Below are positions 63,431-64,000 of a stretch of 64,000 nt of DNA, piece after piece (positions within the stretch are counted from its first letter, which is position 1; each line of letters starts with the position of its first letter). The notes below the pieces were generated by a model. The model saw nothing but the letters and a program-made list of their open reading frames with translations, did no database searches and was not told where the DNA came from. A program made the translations under genes and the position numbers. The stretch covers positions 72,726,001-72,790,000 of the forward strand of contig NC_043001.1 in the NCBI RefSeq assembly GCF_006345805.1, written 5' to 3'. Origin of the DNA: Octopus sinensis (taxonomy: Eukaryota).

Positions 63431-64000
63431 ACACTCATGAACAAATAAATATGATTTTATTTCACCAAATATCAATATATTTTAATATCTTGATCAAAGG
63501 AAGAAATAAGTGATGCGATTCTGTGAATGGAATTAAATTACAGATATAAAGTTATGGCATGGAATGGCTTTCGTGATGGCGAAATTGGTTGCTTTATATT
63601 GATAACAAATATTCATAAACTACAGATATGCTATATTATGGAGGCTGATGTCTATAAATTTATGAAGGTTAAACTGATATATCGCACTTGACAGTGACAC
63701 TGTTTTAACACTTCAGGAGTAATCTACCATTACAGAGGGAGTGTAAGAAAGGAAAGAGAGTATGTACATCACAAAATCTATACCAATATAAGATAATATG
63801 GTAGGCATTGTAGAGATGTTGACTAAAAGCCTGGCATTATTTGTTTGTCCTTAGGTTCTGGTTTCAAATACTTTTACTATTGACTTTTGTCATTTCTCTG
63901 TGTCATTTAACCCTTTTGCTTGAGACTGCTCTTAGTTTCATGATACAAACAGTTGGTTTTAAAAGGATTTCAATTAAAACTTTTCATTAACATTTCATGT

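Overview
AT-rich, microsatellite-dense eukaryotic DNA. The SINE families, RTE tails and TA/CA/TAGA microsatellite load look like an octopus (coleoid cephalopod) genome; this is inferred from recall of repeat families, not from a search. I recognise no intact host gene, and almost all long ORFs are microsatellite artefacts or broken transposon frames. The window holds many decayed transposons: Penelope-like (PLE) fragments, R4/Dong-like and CRE-like RLE retroelement fragments, CR1 and Tx1/L1 LINEs, two RTE lineages (one with a PHD finger inside the RT, one BovB-like with a ~77-bp direct duplication at its ends), Tc1 and maT/mariner, hAT, Helitrons, a MULE-like foldback MITE carrying telomeric repeats, and many tRNA-derived SINEs. 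The most notable unannotated layer is eight type I hammerhead-ribozyme-like motifs. One well-formed example lies inside a ~337-bp tandem unit and is a retrozyme/PLE-LTR candidate. Also noted: long fold-back structures that could give dsRNA, a shift to CpG-depleted repeat copies after ~33-36 kb suggesting a methylated gene body, a cluster of RORE-type nuclear-receptor sites, and a decayed 5S rRNA fragment. Coordinates were read by eye and element boundaries are approximate.
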